Source: Folioceros fuciformis (lineage: Eukaryota). Taken from it: a DNA stretch of 61,768 bases. The position numbers were made by a program, and so were the translations under genes. The notes below the pieces were generated by a model that saw only the letters and a program-made list of their open reading frames with translations, searched no databases and had not been told where the DNA came from. The stretch spans positions 1-61,768 of the forward strand of contig JBNGIO010006002.1 of the NCBI GenBank assembly GCA_049999805.1, given 5' to 3'. Positions 1-17,072 of the stretch are shown here, in pieces (position 1 is the first letter of the stretch; every line of letters starts with the position of its first letter).

Positions 1-295
1 CCCACATCCTGTGCCCGATGAGCACAGCGTCTTCATCCGACAAGTGTACGGAGCAGTTGGCGTCGGACTTGAATGCCAGCTCAAATTGCTCCACCTCCCG
101 CTGCTGCTCCTGCTTGATGGGAGGTGGGAAGTCGGTTTTGAGGAGTACGCTCGTACGCAGCAAGTGCTGAGCATTCCCTTGGTCCTGCCGCTCGTAACTC
201 ACTTGCGGTGGCCTTTCCCATGTAAAGCTTCGCAACGTCGCCCATGACAATGCTCCAAGCGTAGCCCATGTCAGGGCTCCAAGGCCACCCTGCAT
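1..295 (-). CDS. Possible 5' part of a gene running off the left edge; product unknown
   Basis: ATG at 295, preceded by an in-frame TAA, opens MQGGLGALTWATLGALSWATLRSFTWERPPQ...DEDAVLIGHRMW with no stop to position 1. No recognisable domain. Confidence 0.3.
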   Translation of the reverse strand, partial: MQGGLGALTWATLGALSWATLRSFTWERPPQVSYERQDQGNAQHLLRTSVLLKTDFPPPIKQEQQREVEQFELAFKSDANCSVHLSDEDAVLIGHRMW

Positions 296-2336
296 ACCTT
301 ATGAATCGTGAGAAGAGTATGAGGCGCCTTCGCTGTCTTGGGTTCTTGCAGCGAGCCGCTGCAAACTTAGGTGTTTTCGCAAGAGTTGATTATCAACATC
401 ACGCCCAAGTTAGTGATAGAAACAATGCAACTCGTCTGAACTGGACTGCTATGGGAATAGAGAGTTTAATTTGAGAATGTATCACTCAGATCTCAGAATT
501 ATATTCCGACATGACAATGGCACTTCCCTCCTTTAGCACCTATCAAACTGATTGTTTATCCAGATGCTTCCACTATTCACTGTATCAGGGCATACTGAAA
601 ACCTGCATAAGCACACTAGTCCACTCCGTGACCGCGGAACCCAGAATTTAGTACCAGCAAAACCGACTTCGTTTCTTATGAGCGCTTTTTCTTTTAACAC
701 GGTGAACTAAGCCCCAGAGGGATGCAGCTACTGGTCGACCTGCTCTGAGAACTTCAGCAGAGAATGACACAACGGCCCATCACACTTCCTGCTACAACTG
801 GACCCATTCCTAGAGTCAACAGGGGAGAACTTTCAAGCGATGGCCAATGTGACTTCTCATGCGCATACGCTACCTTATCAAGATCAAAACAGATGCTTCA
901 CAGAAACACTGACTTAGACACCCATCAAGATTTGAGAAAAACATGACGCCAGCCAGCATGAATTTCCAGATCAACAAAGACAAACCGCTTCCAATCAACA
1001 GCAGACAGTTGCACATATGTCGCTGAGCATCGTTAACGATTTTGGTACAGACAACACGTGGCCAGCACACTTGAAGTCTTTCCCACCTGTCCGACGCGAT
1101 GGGCAATTCGATCCCACTATGAGTCCTGAGACAACCAAGAGCTTGGCTACAGAGGACGTAGATCCGTCAGATCTTCAACTTTTGGGAGAGTACAGCATGC
1201 TTACCTCCAACTAGCAGCATGACACTGACCAGTGAGCAAGATACACCTCTGCCAATGAACCTTACGGGAGACTAAGTGAACATCTGCCGAGTACTCCTCA
1301 CTTGGGAAATGAAAAATACAGGAGAGCGACCGGTTCCAACGGGACAGCCACAGGACATCAAACCAGTAAGTAGCGTGGACCGCCCAATGCAAAAGTAGGA
1401 CCCGAACACTCCGCACTCTCCTGCCCCCTTGATGTGACACCAATACCTTTGCCGTCTGTTACCTACCAAATACATCGGATACTTGTCCCGGAGAGAACCT
1501 GTGACATCCCTGTACGAAAGAGAGGATATCAGACAAAATACGATTCCATAAAAAATGTAACATCCAGCTGACCAGACTCTTTACTCTTCTAAAACCACCG
1601 ACCATCTAGATCTTCAAGCTCAATCAGTTTCACCTATAACCTTACATACAAGCACATCCATTCATGCCTTTTTTTTTTGTTCCTTTGGACAAATACTGAC
1701 GAACTCGTACCACAGACACCCTAAATGATGATCAGCTTCTCAAGCCCATCCAACTTCAGATAGTCGACGATCTTGAGCACCGACTCCCACACGAGTCTAA
1801 TTACCTGCTACCTTTCATGCAGAGCCATATCGTTTATCAAAAGCTTTCACAGGTTCATGTTGAAGAAAAAGACAACACATCACCGCAAATTAAGGAGAAA
1901 ACTTTCCACCAGACAAAACGGTTACCAGCGACAAGTGAACGAAATAACACTCTTGGAGTGTTGTCTTACAATAGAAACAGTTTATCCTCTAGAAGTATCG
2001 CCCAGGAACAAGCATGGTCTTCATACTGCTTATCAGCACCAACCTCGCACGAACTATGCTTGTGCAGCGCACAAAGCACCAACACATGGTCAAAGAGCAG
2101 ACAGGTCCTGAACAACTTGAGTGTCCCATTGCAGCCTAGATAGGATGCGCACAGCACCTGGAAATGTACTGGACAAACTCCGAGGCTCTGCATGCTTATG
2201 ACAGTGAATAAAATCTTTACAACTCGGTAGTACCTAGCCAAATCCTCCCCACAATAGCCTAAATCACATCTGATGCCTGCGCACTGCAGAACCTCGCTAG
2301 GGGAGAGCATTGGGGGCCAACAATCAATACAACCAG

Positions 2337-6864
<4,528 letters not shown>

Positions 6865-7383
6865 CGGCGCGACGAGCAACTTCTCCAGGGCAACAATGAC
6901 ATGGCCTCCACTATTCCGCTCGATGACGCCCGTCTTCCTACGTAGACCGGGTTCGGGCCACCTACACGGAGGTGGCGTTCATGATGCCGGATACCGCCTC
7001 ATACAGGGCGCCGGCCACGTTGTGAGAATGCGCGCAGCAAAGAAGGCAAAGGGTGCAAGATTAGGGCTCGACCTGCAGCACCTAGGCCGGCCCAGCAGCA
7101 GGATGCAACCGCAACGGATTTGCAACCTCGGTTTCCAGAAAGCGAGATGTGCAGAGCAGTCGGTAACCGCACAGTGACATAGACCTATGCGGAGCCCTAC
7201 GGACACCTGTAGATGGTGCATCTAAAGGTGGATGAAACTCTTGTTTTATAATAAAGCCTCTGTTTTCTGCATCAGTCCAGGTATAAAATAATACAAATTA
7301 TTTTTTCTTTGCAAAAAAAAGAATTTACTTATTGGCAGCCTAGGCTGCTGCTGCTAGGATACAATGCATGCAACTGAATGAGA

Positions 7384-7521
7384 AGTTAATACGCAAGCTA
7401 AATCTACTATGCAAAAACAAGTACACCTGATCTAATCTACGGGCGAGAGATACCCGGTCCTAAAGTTAGCATGCAAGCTAAATCTATTATGCAAAAACGA
7501 TTACACCTGGCGAGAGATACC
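7384..7521. repeat. Imperfect direct duplication of about 80 bp
   Basis: gcaagctaaatcta(c/t)tatgcaaaaac...tacacctg...ggcgagagatacc occurs at about 7392 and 7472. Confidence 0.8.
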
Positions 7522-7847
7522 TGATAGTGCTTACCTGCTCCAAATAGTACAAATTGTTAAGTTCTAAGTTTGAAAATTCATTATAAGGAAGTGGATTTTA
7601 AATTATCTTTTCTTCTAAACCAAGAGGAGAGGTAGCTCAAGTGAAACACACCATTAGTCATGTTTTCCACAACGAATATATACTGTAATACATATAAATA
7701 AATAATTACATATACCACTGAGTGCAAACTTGGATGGGCGGCGAAGGGTTGTGGAAGTGCCAAAGTACATAAGTATTCTCCCCACCAAAGTCCATAAGTA
7801 TTCTCCTAATAAGATTAGCCCTAAAGTTGGGCATATTATAAGCTGAT

Positions 7848-7961
7848 GGGCATACTTTCATGCCCTTGCTCTTGAGACTCGCGGGGCTATGGGCATACTT
7901 TCATCCCCTTGCTCTTGAGACTCGCGGGGCTATGGGCATACTTTCATCCCCTTGCTCTTGA
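7848..7961. repeat. 43-bp tandem repeat, about 2.7 copies
   Basis: gggcatactttcatccccttgctcttgagactcgcggggctat starts at 7848, 7891 and 7934. Confidence 0.95.
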
Positions 7962-8994
7962 CACTGACAAGGCTTGCTCTTAAGACTCATGGGGCTTGCT
8001 CCTAAGACTCATGAGGCTATGAGCAAGGACTTTTAAAGGTTCGTCAAGGAGTGTGCTAAGGCCTTTGGCCTTTTGAGAATGATGTTCGAAGGGGCTAGTG
8101 CCCCTTTGGCCTTTGGCCCTGCTTGGGTTGTTCCTCCATTTTTTGGCCCTAGTCACGTTGTTCCTCCAATCTTTGGAGTAGATGAGACTTTTCGTCTCTT
8201 TTTCAATAATAGAAAATTTTCCTTTTAGTGTACACAAGCCTATTTTCATCATATTGAGAGCTATGTGGAGATCAATGAAGTGCTTGGATTAGGCAAACAA
8301 TTGTGAGAGGTCTCATCTTACCATATAGTGACTTTCCAAGCAGTCCCCTTCGCAATCTCCTCTTGTGGTGGCAAAACCCTGGGCATTGTTTGCCAACGGA
8401 TTTGACCTTTAGTGGCCACACTTATCCCATTGTCGTTAAGACATTCGGTTTCGTTCCCTCAAAGGAGCGATGAGGTTTCTCGCTGCTATGGATGGAGGGT
8501 CAGACTCAATTGACTCGATGATGGATTTGAGGGCTCCCATCCAACTCCGATCATGTGTGGGATAGTCTTCGTTGTCCAATAGTCAACTACACCTCTCTCG
8601 GTGCCCACAAATTCACTCCAATCATTCCCACAACACTAACCTCTTTGTGTCTTCTCTCACTCACTCACTCACTCACTCAGATCTATGTCTTCCCTCACTC
8701 ACTCCAACACCAGCAACCAACAACGACACCACTGCCTTCTACACTTCCCTATTGACTCCCTCACTTGGCAAGAGTCACTAGACTAACTCCAAAGAAGAGA
8801 AGAGGGAAACACACTCCCCTTTCGGATACCTCCTCCCCACAACCTTACTATACATCATAAAACATGGTTGGCATACAATACTTGTCTAACCAAGGAACAA
8901 GAGTGTATATGTCGAGAGAAAGACATATCCTTCACTATCAAGAGCTAAGGGCAAGCCCCCTTACCCTGGCCATCATACCTCATAGTCCCACTAA

Positions 8995-9281
8995 ACGCTG
9001 CACAGCCGGCAACATGCTGCTCGCTACTAGACGCTGCATAGTTGGCAACACACTATTCGTAATTCTACCAAACGCTGCACAACCGGTAACACATTGCTCG
9101 CGGCAACAAGCTGCTCATGATTCTTCGAGACGCTGCACAGTTGGCAATACGCTGCTCGAGATTCTACCAGATGCTCCACAGCTGGCAACACGCTGCTCGA
9201 GATTCTACCAAATGCTCCACAGCCGGCAACACGCTGCTCGCGATTCTACCAGACGCTCCACAGTTGGCAATACGCTGCTCG
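8995..9281. repeat. Minisatellite of about 41 bp, about 7 degenerate copies
   Basis: Unit acgctgcacagttggcaatacgctgctcgagattctaccag repeated head-to-tail with variation. Confidence 0.9.
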
Positions 9282-9638
9282 TCTTGAATCAAGCAGAGAC
9301 AAACCACAAGAGCGTGACCTGACAATCTACCTCCTATGGACTCACTATATCTTATAAGAGCCTTTCTCTCTCTTACCTCGCCTCTCTCTAGCTTGACAAC
9401 TATTATTTGAATAAGACAACTAGCCCAGCCGGCTGTCACCATTCACTTATTTAGACTTTCTTAGCACGCCCCGCCCCACCACCGATATTGATGAGCTAGC
9501 TCTATAACTTGCTAACCCTACCACCACAATTATCCACCTATTGAACTATTCCAAGCGGGCGCCATCTCTCTCTTGCTGGATTTCTGCCCACAAAGCCTTC
9601 CTCTCCAACTGTTGCTCCTGGTGGCTGCGCCTGTCTCC

Positions 9639-9724
9639 ATGGGAGGAGTATGAGCAGTGGGAGATCTATGGGAGGAGTATGAGCAGTGGGAGATCTATGG
9701 GAGGAGTATCAGCAATGGGATATC
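9639..9724. repeat. 29-bp tandem repeat, 3 copies
   Basis: atgggaggagtatgagcagtgggagatct at 9639, 9668 and 9697. Confidence 0.95.
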
Positions 9725-9959
9725 CGGCTACAATGGTTCCTCGGCCATGGAAAACTGATCCCGATGTGCTGGGACAACTCCCGGACTGTCAAGGGAAGGA
9801 AATAGGTGAGAAAGAGTAGAGTAGAAATTTATGGAATTAATCCAAAAAATAAAAAGAGAAAATAGAAAAGGGAAATTAGGGGAAAAAAGAATATATAGCA
9901 ATATGAATATTTTATATATATTAAATATGTATAAAATATATTTATGGGTAATGGCAAAA

Positions 9960-10041
9960 GTGAGCCAATCTATGCTTCTTCAACACTAGCACATCACTAG
10001 TGAGCCAACCTATGCTGCTTCAACACTAGCACATCACTAGT
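9960..10041. repeat. 40-bp tandem duplication; related motifs at about 10138, 12543 and 12678
   Basis: gtgagccaa(t/c)ctatgct(t/g)cttcaacactagcacatcacta occurs twice in tandem. Confidence 0.85.
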
Positions 10042-10178
10042 CCATATATGCTCAACAACACACGAGATGGCTACCCTAGGTTTCTTCCACACCAACACAA
10101 ATAAGATCATGACCGAGAAAGCCAACCTGCCAAGTAGGCCAACCTATGCTTCTTCTACGCTAGCACACTATTGGTGCG

Positions 10179-12480
10179 TGTGACCGAAAAAAACTTTCGG
10201 AATCCCCATTTTGAGCGACGGAATGAGTAGGTTGTGATTCTTTTTGTGAAGGGACAGGCAAATCGGCTTAGTAAGCGAGTAAGACCAGGGTGTTTATACC
10301 CAAAGTCCACCTTGGGCTTCGGGGTTTGGGGTGTACTGGAGATCGGGACAAGGAGGAAGGAGGAAGCAGCGAGTGCCTCCCTGACCCTCGAGTCCTTGAG
10401 AACATTAAGGTAGGCCAAAGTAAGGGCCGAGACGACGGGGCTACCGGTAGCCGAACCAGGGGAACGGTAGTCGAGGGGGCTACCGGTAGTCGGGTAGCCG
10501 AAGGGGCTACCGGTGGCCCAGCAAGGCCCAGGATAGCTGAAGAACCAACCCTGAAAAGGAGGAAGCAGTAGGGGCGCCTACCCCTAGGCGCTCCAGGAGG
10601 GTGACCCGTACCAGGAGAACAGAACCGGAGGAGACACCAGCTGGGCGGGCAGAGAACCTTCAGGTACCCTAGCAGGAGGGGGAGCAAGCAACCCGAGGTA
10701 GCCCAAGGGAGGATGGGGTAAGCACCTCTGTGATGATAGAAGGTCGGATTGTGCTGCATTATGAGGAGGAGGCCTCCTATGTGCCAGGACTGTATGTAGA
10801 AGGGGCCAGGGTTCTGAAGCTGTTTTTGTATGTACGTATGGGCATAGGAGGGACGCGGGGCTACGTCCTGCGGTTGAGAACGCGCCTGGGACTCTACCAC
10901 TACAGATGGTGGGTGACAGGGTTGCCCCACTGCTATGCGGAGGCAGTTCTGGAGGAACTGACGGAAGAGGAGGCCCAGCGCTGGGTAGAACGGGGGCCTG
11001 TGGCTGTCCTCAGCAACCAGAGAAGGAGGAGGGGTGGTGGACCACAGCGGCGGGACCAACCTGCACCGCCAGCCAGGCCCAGCAGCAGCAGCAGTGATGT
11101 GGAGATCCTCTGGGAGGACTTGTCGGATCAACGGAGGGGCAGAAGAGCGAGAGGAGGAGCAACGAGGGGTGATGTGCGAAGGCCAGGAGGAAGCCGCCAG
11201 CGGCGCAGGACAGGGCGATAGTAAATGCAGGCTAGAATAGTTTTTTTTAGCGTGCTTTATTTGGACCCAAGTCGCTCAGAATTTAAGAGCGCAGCCCCCT
11301 TGCCTGACAGACTTTATGGCGGAAAAACTGCCATCACCGTGTACAAGAGGCCGGTTTGAAGGCCTAAGGAAGTAGCAAAACACTAGCCGAGTAGTCGACC
11401 TTGCAGGAACCTAGCGATGGCCGTTGCTGGACAAGAGGTCCAGGCAAGCGAGCGCACGTAGCAACCTAGGGTGCGGGTGTAGGTAGTGGGCGCTCCGTGA
11501 TCAGGTCTGGGGACGAATCGGGAGGAGGAGCCTCGCCGAGTGGGAGAGAAGCTCTCCAGCTATCCTCGGAGTGGCCACGTGGGTGGTGTGGGTGTCGGAG
11601 CCGAATCCGCGAGTTCGGAGTGGAAGAGGTCCCTCTTCCCTTAGCTCCGGTACCTCACCATTCCTCAATGTTCATGGAAGCCCAGGAGGGGCATTGCTGA
11701 GAAAGAAGACGGAGGATTGGATAAAAAAGGAAGCGCGAGGGTGCGCGTGTGTGAGAAAGAGGAGAAGCGAGTAACCAGAGACGAGGAGAACGTATATCGA
11801 AAACTGGTGAGTGGAGAACGAAGCCGGAGAAACCCTGGAAGCGAGGTGAGTAATGTGTAACGAGACGTGGTGTGTATGAGTGACTAGCCGCGATGAGACT
11901 GGAGAGACTGTGAGGAAGTTGATTTGAGACTGCAGAGGGTGTACCTAGAGTGTGGAATCACATGGGTGGAAGGCGACCAACAGATTGTTGCTGTTCATAT
12001 GTGTGTGCGTTTGATCCTGAGGGTGAGAGGCGATTTTGTGGAGAACCAAGGAAGGAAAGCACAAAAGGGAAAGCGCGAGAAAACAGTCGGGTAGGGACGA
12101 CTCGGAGAGAGAGAAAATCCTAGAGAGAGAAAGAGAGAGAGTGGGGCCCACAAGTGGTAGCCCGAAAGACGACGGTAGTAGTCCATTGGGGAACGGAGGG
12201 TAGTCCGGTGGCCCACCAAGAGTAGTCCAGGGGGAGGTAGTCCTAGTGCGACTGGGTGGTAGGCGAGTCGTCTGGTGGGAGAAGTAAGGGGGCTGGGTAA
12301 GGACCGAGCACTGGACGTGTGTGCGTGGGTCAGTCGAGTTTAGGTGCTAATTGACTTTAGAAGCTAACCTGTGTAGTTTAACACGAATCATTCCCTTGGG
12401 ATCGAATCCCAGAGCTACAACGACATAGAGGGCTTGTGTGGACCTCGCAGTACCCCCGGGTGCTATATTTTAACCCCACA
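10179..12480. mobile_element. Solo-LTR-like element (2302 bp) with TGTG...CACA ends and a 5-bp TSD (gtgcg/gtgca)
   Basis: Begins tgtgaccg at 10179 after gtgcg (10174-10178) and ends ccccaca at 12480 before gtgca (12481-12485). It interrupts an older repeat found on both flanks and is GC/CpG-rich relative to them. Confidence 0.7.
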
Positions 12481-12927
12481 GTGCATATGAACTCTAAAGC
12501 ACAAGATGGATAACTTGATATGGATAAGATTAGCCAAAATTAGGCTAACCTAGGCTTCTTCAACCCAAGCACACCATTAGGTATGTATTAGCTCAATAGC
12601 ACAAGTTGACTACCCTTGGCCACTCTTGGCTTCATGAGTGACCGACACTCATAAGCTTAATCTTAACAGCACAAGTTGGCCAACCTAGGCTTCTTCAGCA
12701 TTGACATGGATAAGCGCTAGAGCACAAGTTGGTTGAGTGTTCAATTGAACAACTTTTGGCTTAGCATTGTAGGGCAAAGCAGACGAACTAAGGCTTGTGA
12801 AAAAGGCCAACACATGCAGTTTGCTCCGACAAACTAAAAACAAGTATTCCACACCATACAGCAGGTGGGCTTTCCTGTTGCACAGGTGAGTGTAGGATCG
12901 AATTGCAGTACTTAGGATGTGTGATGT

Positions 12928-14607
12928 ATGTTTGTGGAAGAACTCCATTGCAGCTTTGGAAGAATGATACGGGGTTCAAGCCGCTGCTGCTGGAGAGCTC
13001 CCATCGACTGGAAGGTGAGGTCTGCCAAACATTCGGCCAGCCAGACGAAGCTATCAAGATCGTCTCGCATACTGTCGTCCCATCTCGTGTGCGCCGGGGG
13101 ATGGACGAGGAGCTGTACCGTGATGGCAGCTGAGGCCGTGGACTTCACCAAGGCGCTGGCAAATGCATCGGTATACAGATAGAAGGGAGGGATGGTAGAT
13201 ATTGGGGGCAGCGTGGGTTTCAATGATCACGCTTTGGTGTTGCAAGAAAGTGAGGCGCCTTTGTGTTGCAGAAAATTGCCGTTTTGACTGGAGCTGGCAT
13301 TTCAGCAGAATCAGGAATACCTACTTTCAGGGGAGCAGGCGGGCTGTGGCGTGATTGGGATGTCATGGTGAGATTTTACCCTCGCATGCTGGGCTACTCC
13401 TGATTCAAGGGTGCAGGTTGGCATGGTACTGTTGCAGGGCTGTTATGTTGTTGTGTGCAGAGTCTTGCCACACCTCAAGCGTTTGCAGCAAACCCGTCTT
13501 TAGTCTGGGAGTTTTACCATTACAGAAGGTCTGAACACCATACCCTGGAGACGAGTTGAGCAGTTGGGCAGAACGCTTACTCTGGCTGGGATCAGATGCG
13601 TTGTGTCAAGGGCCACTCCGAATGCCGGGCATTTCGCGATTGCTGCGCTTCAGAGACGGTGTGACAGAGACGGCCAAGAGTTTAGGCTCTTGACGCAGGT
13701 GAAACTCTCCTCCCTTTCCAGCTTGGGACTGGAGACCTTTGTTGGATTGCACCTTTAGTTTAGAGAAATGATGGAGGATTCTTACAGAATCTTAAAACTC
13801 TGCTGCAGAACATTGATGGACTTCACTTGGAAGCGGGCAGCAATGAAGTTGTGGAGCTGCATGGTTCCCTCTGGAAGACTAGGTGCTGTCACTGTGGAGA
13901 CGTGCGGGAGAATCGGGACATGCCCATCTGCCCGGCACTTGACGGCAAAGTGTGCTTCACACATTCTAGTTCCAATGGATCTTCAAAAGAACTGTTACTC
14001 GTTTGCAGGTTAGGAATAAGCTGCCCCTGGCTGTTGATGTAGGGGGCTCCACAAGCAAATTCTGTAGATGCAAAAATACCTTCAACGGACCTCCCTCGAT
14101 GCAAGATATGCAAAGGCTTGCTAAGACCTCATGTCGTGTGGTTCGATGAGTGTCTTGATGAGGAGGTGATCAACCAAGCTGACAAGGCGCTGCAAGGTGC
14201 AAGCTTCTGCTTGTGGTGGGAACTTCAGCCGTTGTTCACGTAAAAACCATTCCCGTGCACTGTTGGTCCTCAGCATACAGGTTCAGTGTCAGGAATCTGA
14301 ACCTCACTGTGTTGATTCCTATCTGCAGCCTGCCGCATTGTATGCACCGCTGGTGAGAGCAAGCGGGGGAGTGGTGGCCGAGTTTAACATAGATAGCAGT
14401 CCAGTGAGTAAGTCATGCCGGTAAGTCCCTCCTAATCAATCCGCTTGCTTTCAGTCATCTTGCTCACGGAACGACTTTGTAGTCATCTTGCACAGAATAA
14501 CTTTGCACACCTCCCCCAGGTTCACTTTCCGAGGGTCATCCGCATCTACACTTCCGTCAGCGCTGGGTATAAGATCTGAAGAGTTGTTTCGTGAAGGCTT
14601 GGAATAG
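12928..14607 (+). CDS. SIRT5: Class III sirtuin (SIRT5/CobB-type NAD-dependent deacylase), 8 exons, apparent 1-nt frameshift at about 14196
   Basis: Spliced translation: [100 protein letters not shown]-rich presequence-like N-terminus; alternative ATG at 13123; stop TAG 14605-14607. Confidence 0.92.
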
Positions 14608-15357
14608 GTGTCGCTGGATAGACTCCCTGCATTCGGTTGCAGCTCAAAATACGTCACTTGGTTCCAGTAAGTCCTTCTGTAAGAGATACAGACAACTTTT
14701 AGATGACATTGGACGGAGTGGCAAGGACCAACCTCTCCGGCTTCAAGCACCCCCTCAGTCTCAGAGTAGGAGCTCGTCATCAGCGAATTCTGAGCGGGAG
14801 GCTGTTCAGGAGTTTGACACATGCAATCAGGTGTCAGGTTCTACAGGTTGACGCACCATGGGAATTGTGATGAAGGGTGTTCTTCCAAGAACTTGCCTTG
14901 ATGGAAGTTGTCTGGACCCGGACCCAGTTAGTCTAGATCGATGTTGTGTAAATAGCGAAGTCCGTGCGTCGCACAGTTATCAGGCCCCACTTCCTAGAAA
15001 GAACACCTGCCGGACATGTGTTCTTATGGATCATGATGAGATAACTCTTCGACCAACAGGCCAGTCTGGCATAGTCCTACATAAAAAGCAAGTTGAGACA
15101 AGTACCATTCCTGCAGAATCTTTGTACATGTGCACCTAGTTGGGAGTTAAGCTACTGGCGGTACAGTGTCCAATAAACAGTGCGACAGGAAGGGTTGCAT
15201 GCAAACTCCTTGCGCCTGTACAAGATAGCGAAACACTATTGGCTGGTGTTCATCTGACTTCTAGATGAGCAGCTAAGGAGAAGCCGGACGAACCCCATCG
15301 CCTCGAACCTTGCCAACGGAGTTGGCGTCACATCAACCGAGTCAAGTACCTGCCGCT

Positions 15358-16645
15358 TCAGAACTCAAGATATTCGTTCTCAAACCGCTCATTGTATAGC
15401 TGCCAGTGCCCATATTGTCGCGCAACAAGGTGCAGAGGCCGTAATTGAGGAAGGTTGGGATACAGAAACACCTTGAGTTTCTTAAGCCTCTCCTTAGATA
15501 CAAGCCATCCGCGTCTTGTCAGGCTGGTTGACCAAAGCAGGTCCAAGTACTCCAAGTCCCCACAATGTTCAGCTAGGAGACTGAGACCATCATCTGACAG
15601 CTTGGTATGCCTCATCTCCAAATGCTTCAACTTCGGCATCAAAGTGGCGAAAAGCTGAGCCTCTTTATCACCACTTTGTGCGTAGTGACACATCTGGGAG
15701 TAAGGTATTGGCAACATGCCCCTTCTTCTGTCGTCGTCCACGTTGAGCATATTCCGCTTCAGCACCATAATCGAGTCGCCAAAATGCTTCAAAGAATCCT
15801 CTGATACATACAGGCACTCACTGATATCCAGAGTGTGAAGCCTCAAACATCCCGTGGCAATATGTTTGAGCGAGGAGTCAGTCACCCCGATGCTGGAAGG
15901 TATGGACAGAACTTCCAGCCGTGGACATCTGCGAAGCACAACCACCAACTTTAACTTGGGAGGGCAGCTGTACGTGAGTCCAGCCATTTGCCTTCCCGCA
16001 TGGTGCACGTAAGCTCACACGAAAAGAATGCAGAACTTTCAACAAAAGTAGCGGCAGCACCCCTAACCTCACACCCGACCCAGGTCAACGATCTCATCCC
16101 ATGGCACAAAGGAAAAAAGGACCAAAACAACAATTCTTCACACAGCGATTGCATTTTGCACCTCGTAGCAACAACCTTTGGGCAACGTAGGTGATTGCGA
16201 CATCGGAGCAATGCGAGGTCCGAAGTTCTTTCATGCAACCCGCGGTGCGATCAACCAGAGTTATGACCATATGGTCCACCTTCTCTTCAAAGTCAGGCTG
16301 CCACCAACGCCGCGACTCTTGCCTGGTGGCGAACAATTCTGACATATCCACCACCTCAAAGCACGCAGCATCCCGAACAGCTGCAAACCAAGCCTTACAC
16401 ACTTGGGGAACTGTGATATATCTGTCCTCAAACCCCAACCTCTTGAAAATCTCCACTAAGGCCTCGCGCGTGAGATCAGCCCAATCTGGTGAGTCTGCCT
16501 CCAGTCTGCTACTCATCTTCCTCTCCACGGCCGTCAAAAGCAAGAAATCAAAATCCAACAGACCCGCCAGAGCATTCTCTTCAAGGCACTTCGAGCAAAC
16601 ACTGTCGTCGTCAGCAGACCGATATTCCAGGTCGTCGTCCTCCAT
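15358..16645 (-). CDS. F-box/LRR protein (SKIP1/FBW2-like), 2 coding exons
   Basis: F-box reads DWADLTREALVEIFKRL...VPQVCKAWF. LRRs include CPRLEVLSIP, CLRLHTLDISEC and MPKLKHLEMR. C-terminus YGHWQLYNERF. Start uncertain. Confidence 0.88.
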
Positions 16646-17072
16646 GCAATGCGCTTCCACAAGCTGCTGCCCGCAACCGATCAGCTCAACCCCCGTATCC
16701 CTGCATCTTCAGCAACACATCCTTCCTTGCGTAGATGCAGCAGGTCACCACACACACAGTAGAGACTGGATGAACAAACACCTCCACTTGCGTCAAGCTA
16801 CTCTCCACATGATCTTCACCATCACCAACGACCCTGCACCGAAAGGTCGAGATAGCAAACGTGCGCATCCTGTGAAACCGGGCCTCGGGAAGTAGGTTCC
16901 GACATTTCTCACTATGGTGAAATCCGAGGTAAAGTTGTAAAACCAAGCAAGCGAGATTTACTGCGCTTTTCTCCATCCCTGATTAGCGACAGTGTTCTCA
17001 CACGGCGACTGAGACGCGAATTATGCAGGATGTCCTTCCGATCCGGTTGCGATCTCAGAGCAGAAAACGAAG

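Larger units (their letters stand above)
7250..12730. mobile_element. Nested TE-derived, repeat-rich intergenic block
   Basis: No host-like exons, several tandem arrays and AT-rich stretches. A motif family (gccaacctatgcttcttcaacactagcac) occurs on both sides of an inserted TG...CA element. Confidence 0.7.

Noticed and set aside
480..2330. Hidden micro-exon gene between the left-edge ORF and PRP4K
   Set aside because: Splice-like signals exist but I could not assemble a recognisable protein; probably UTR exons and introns.
8995..9281. CRISPR-like array
   Set aside because: Units are head-to-tail with no unique spacers, there are no cas genes and the context is eukaryotic; it is a minisatellite.
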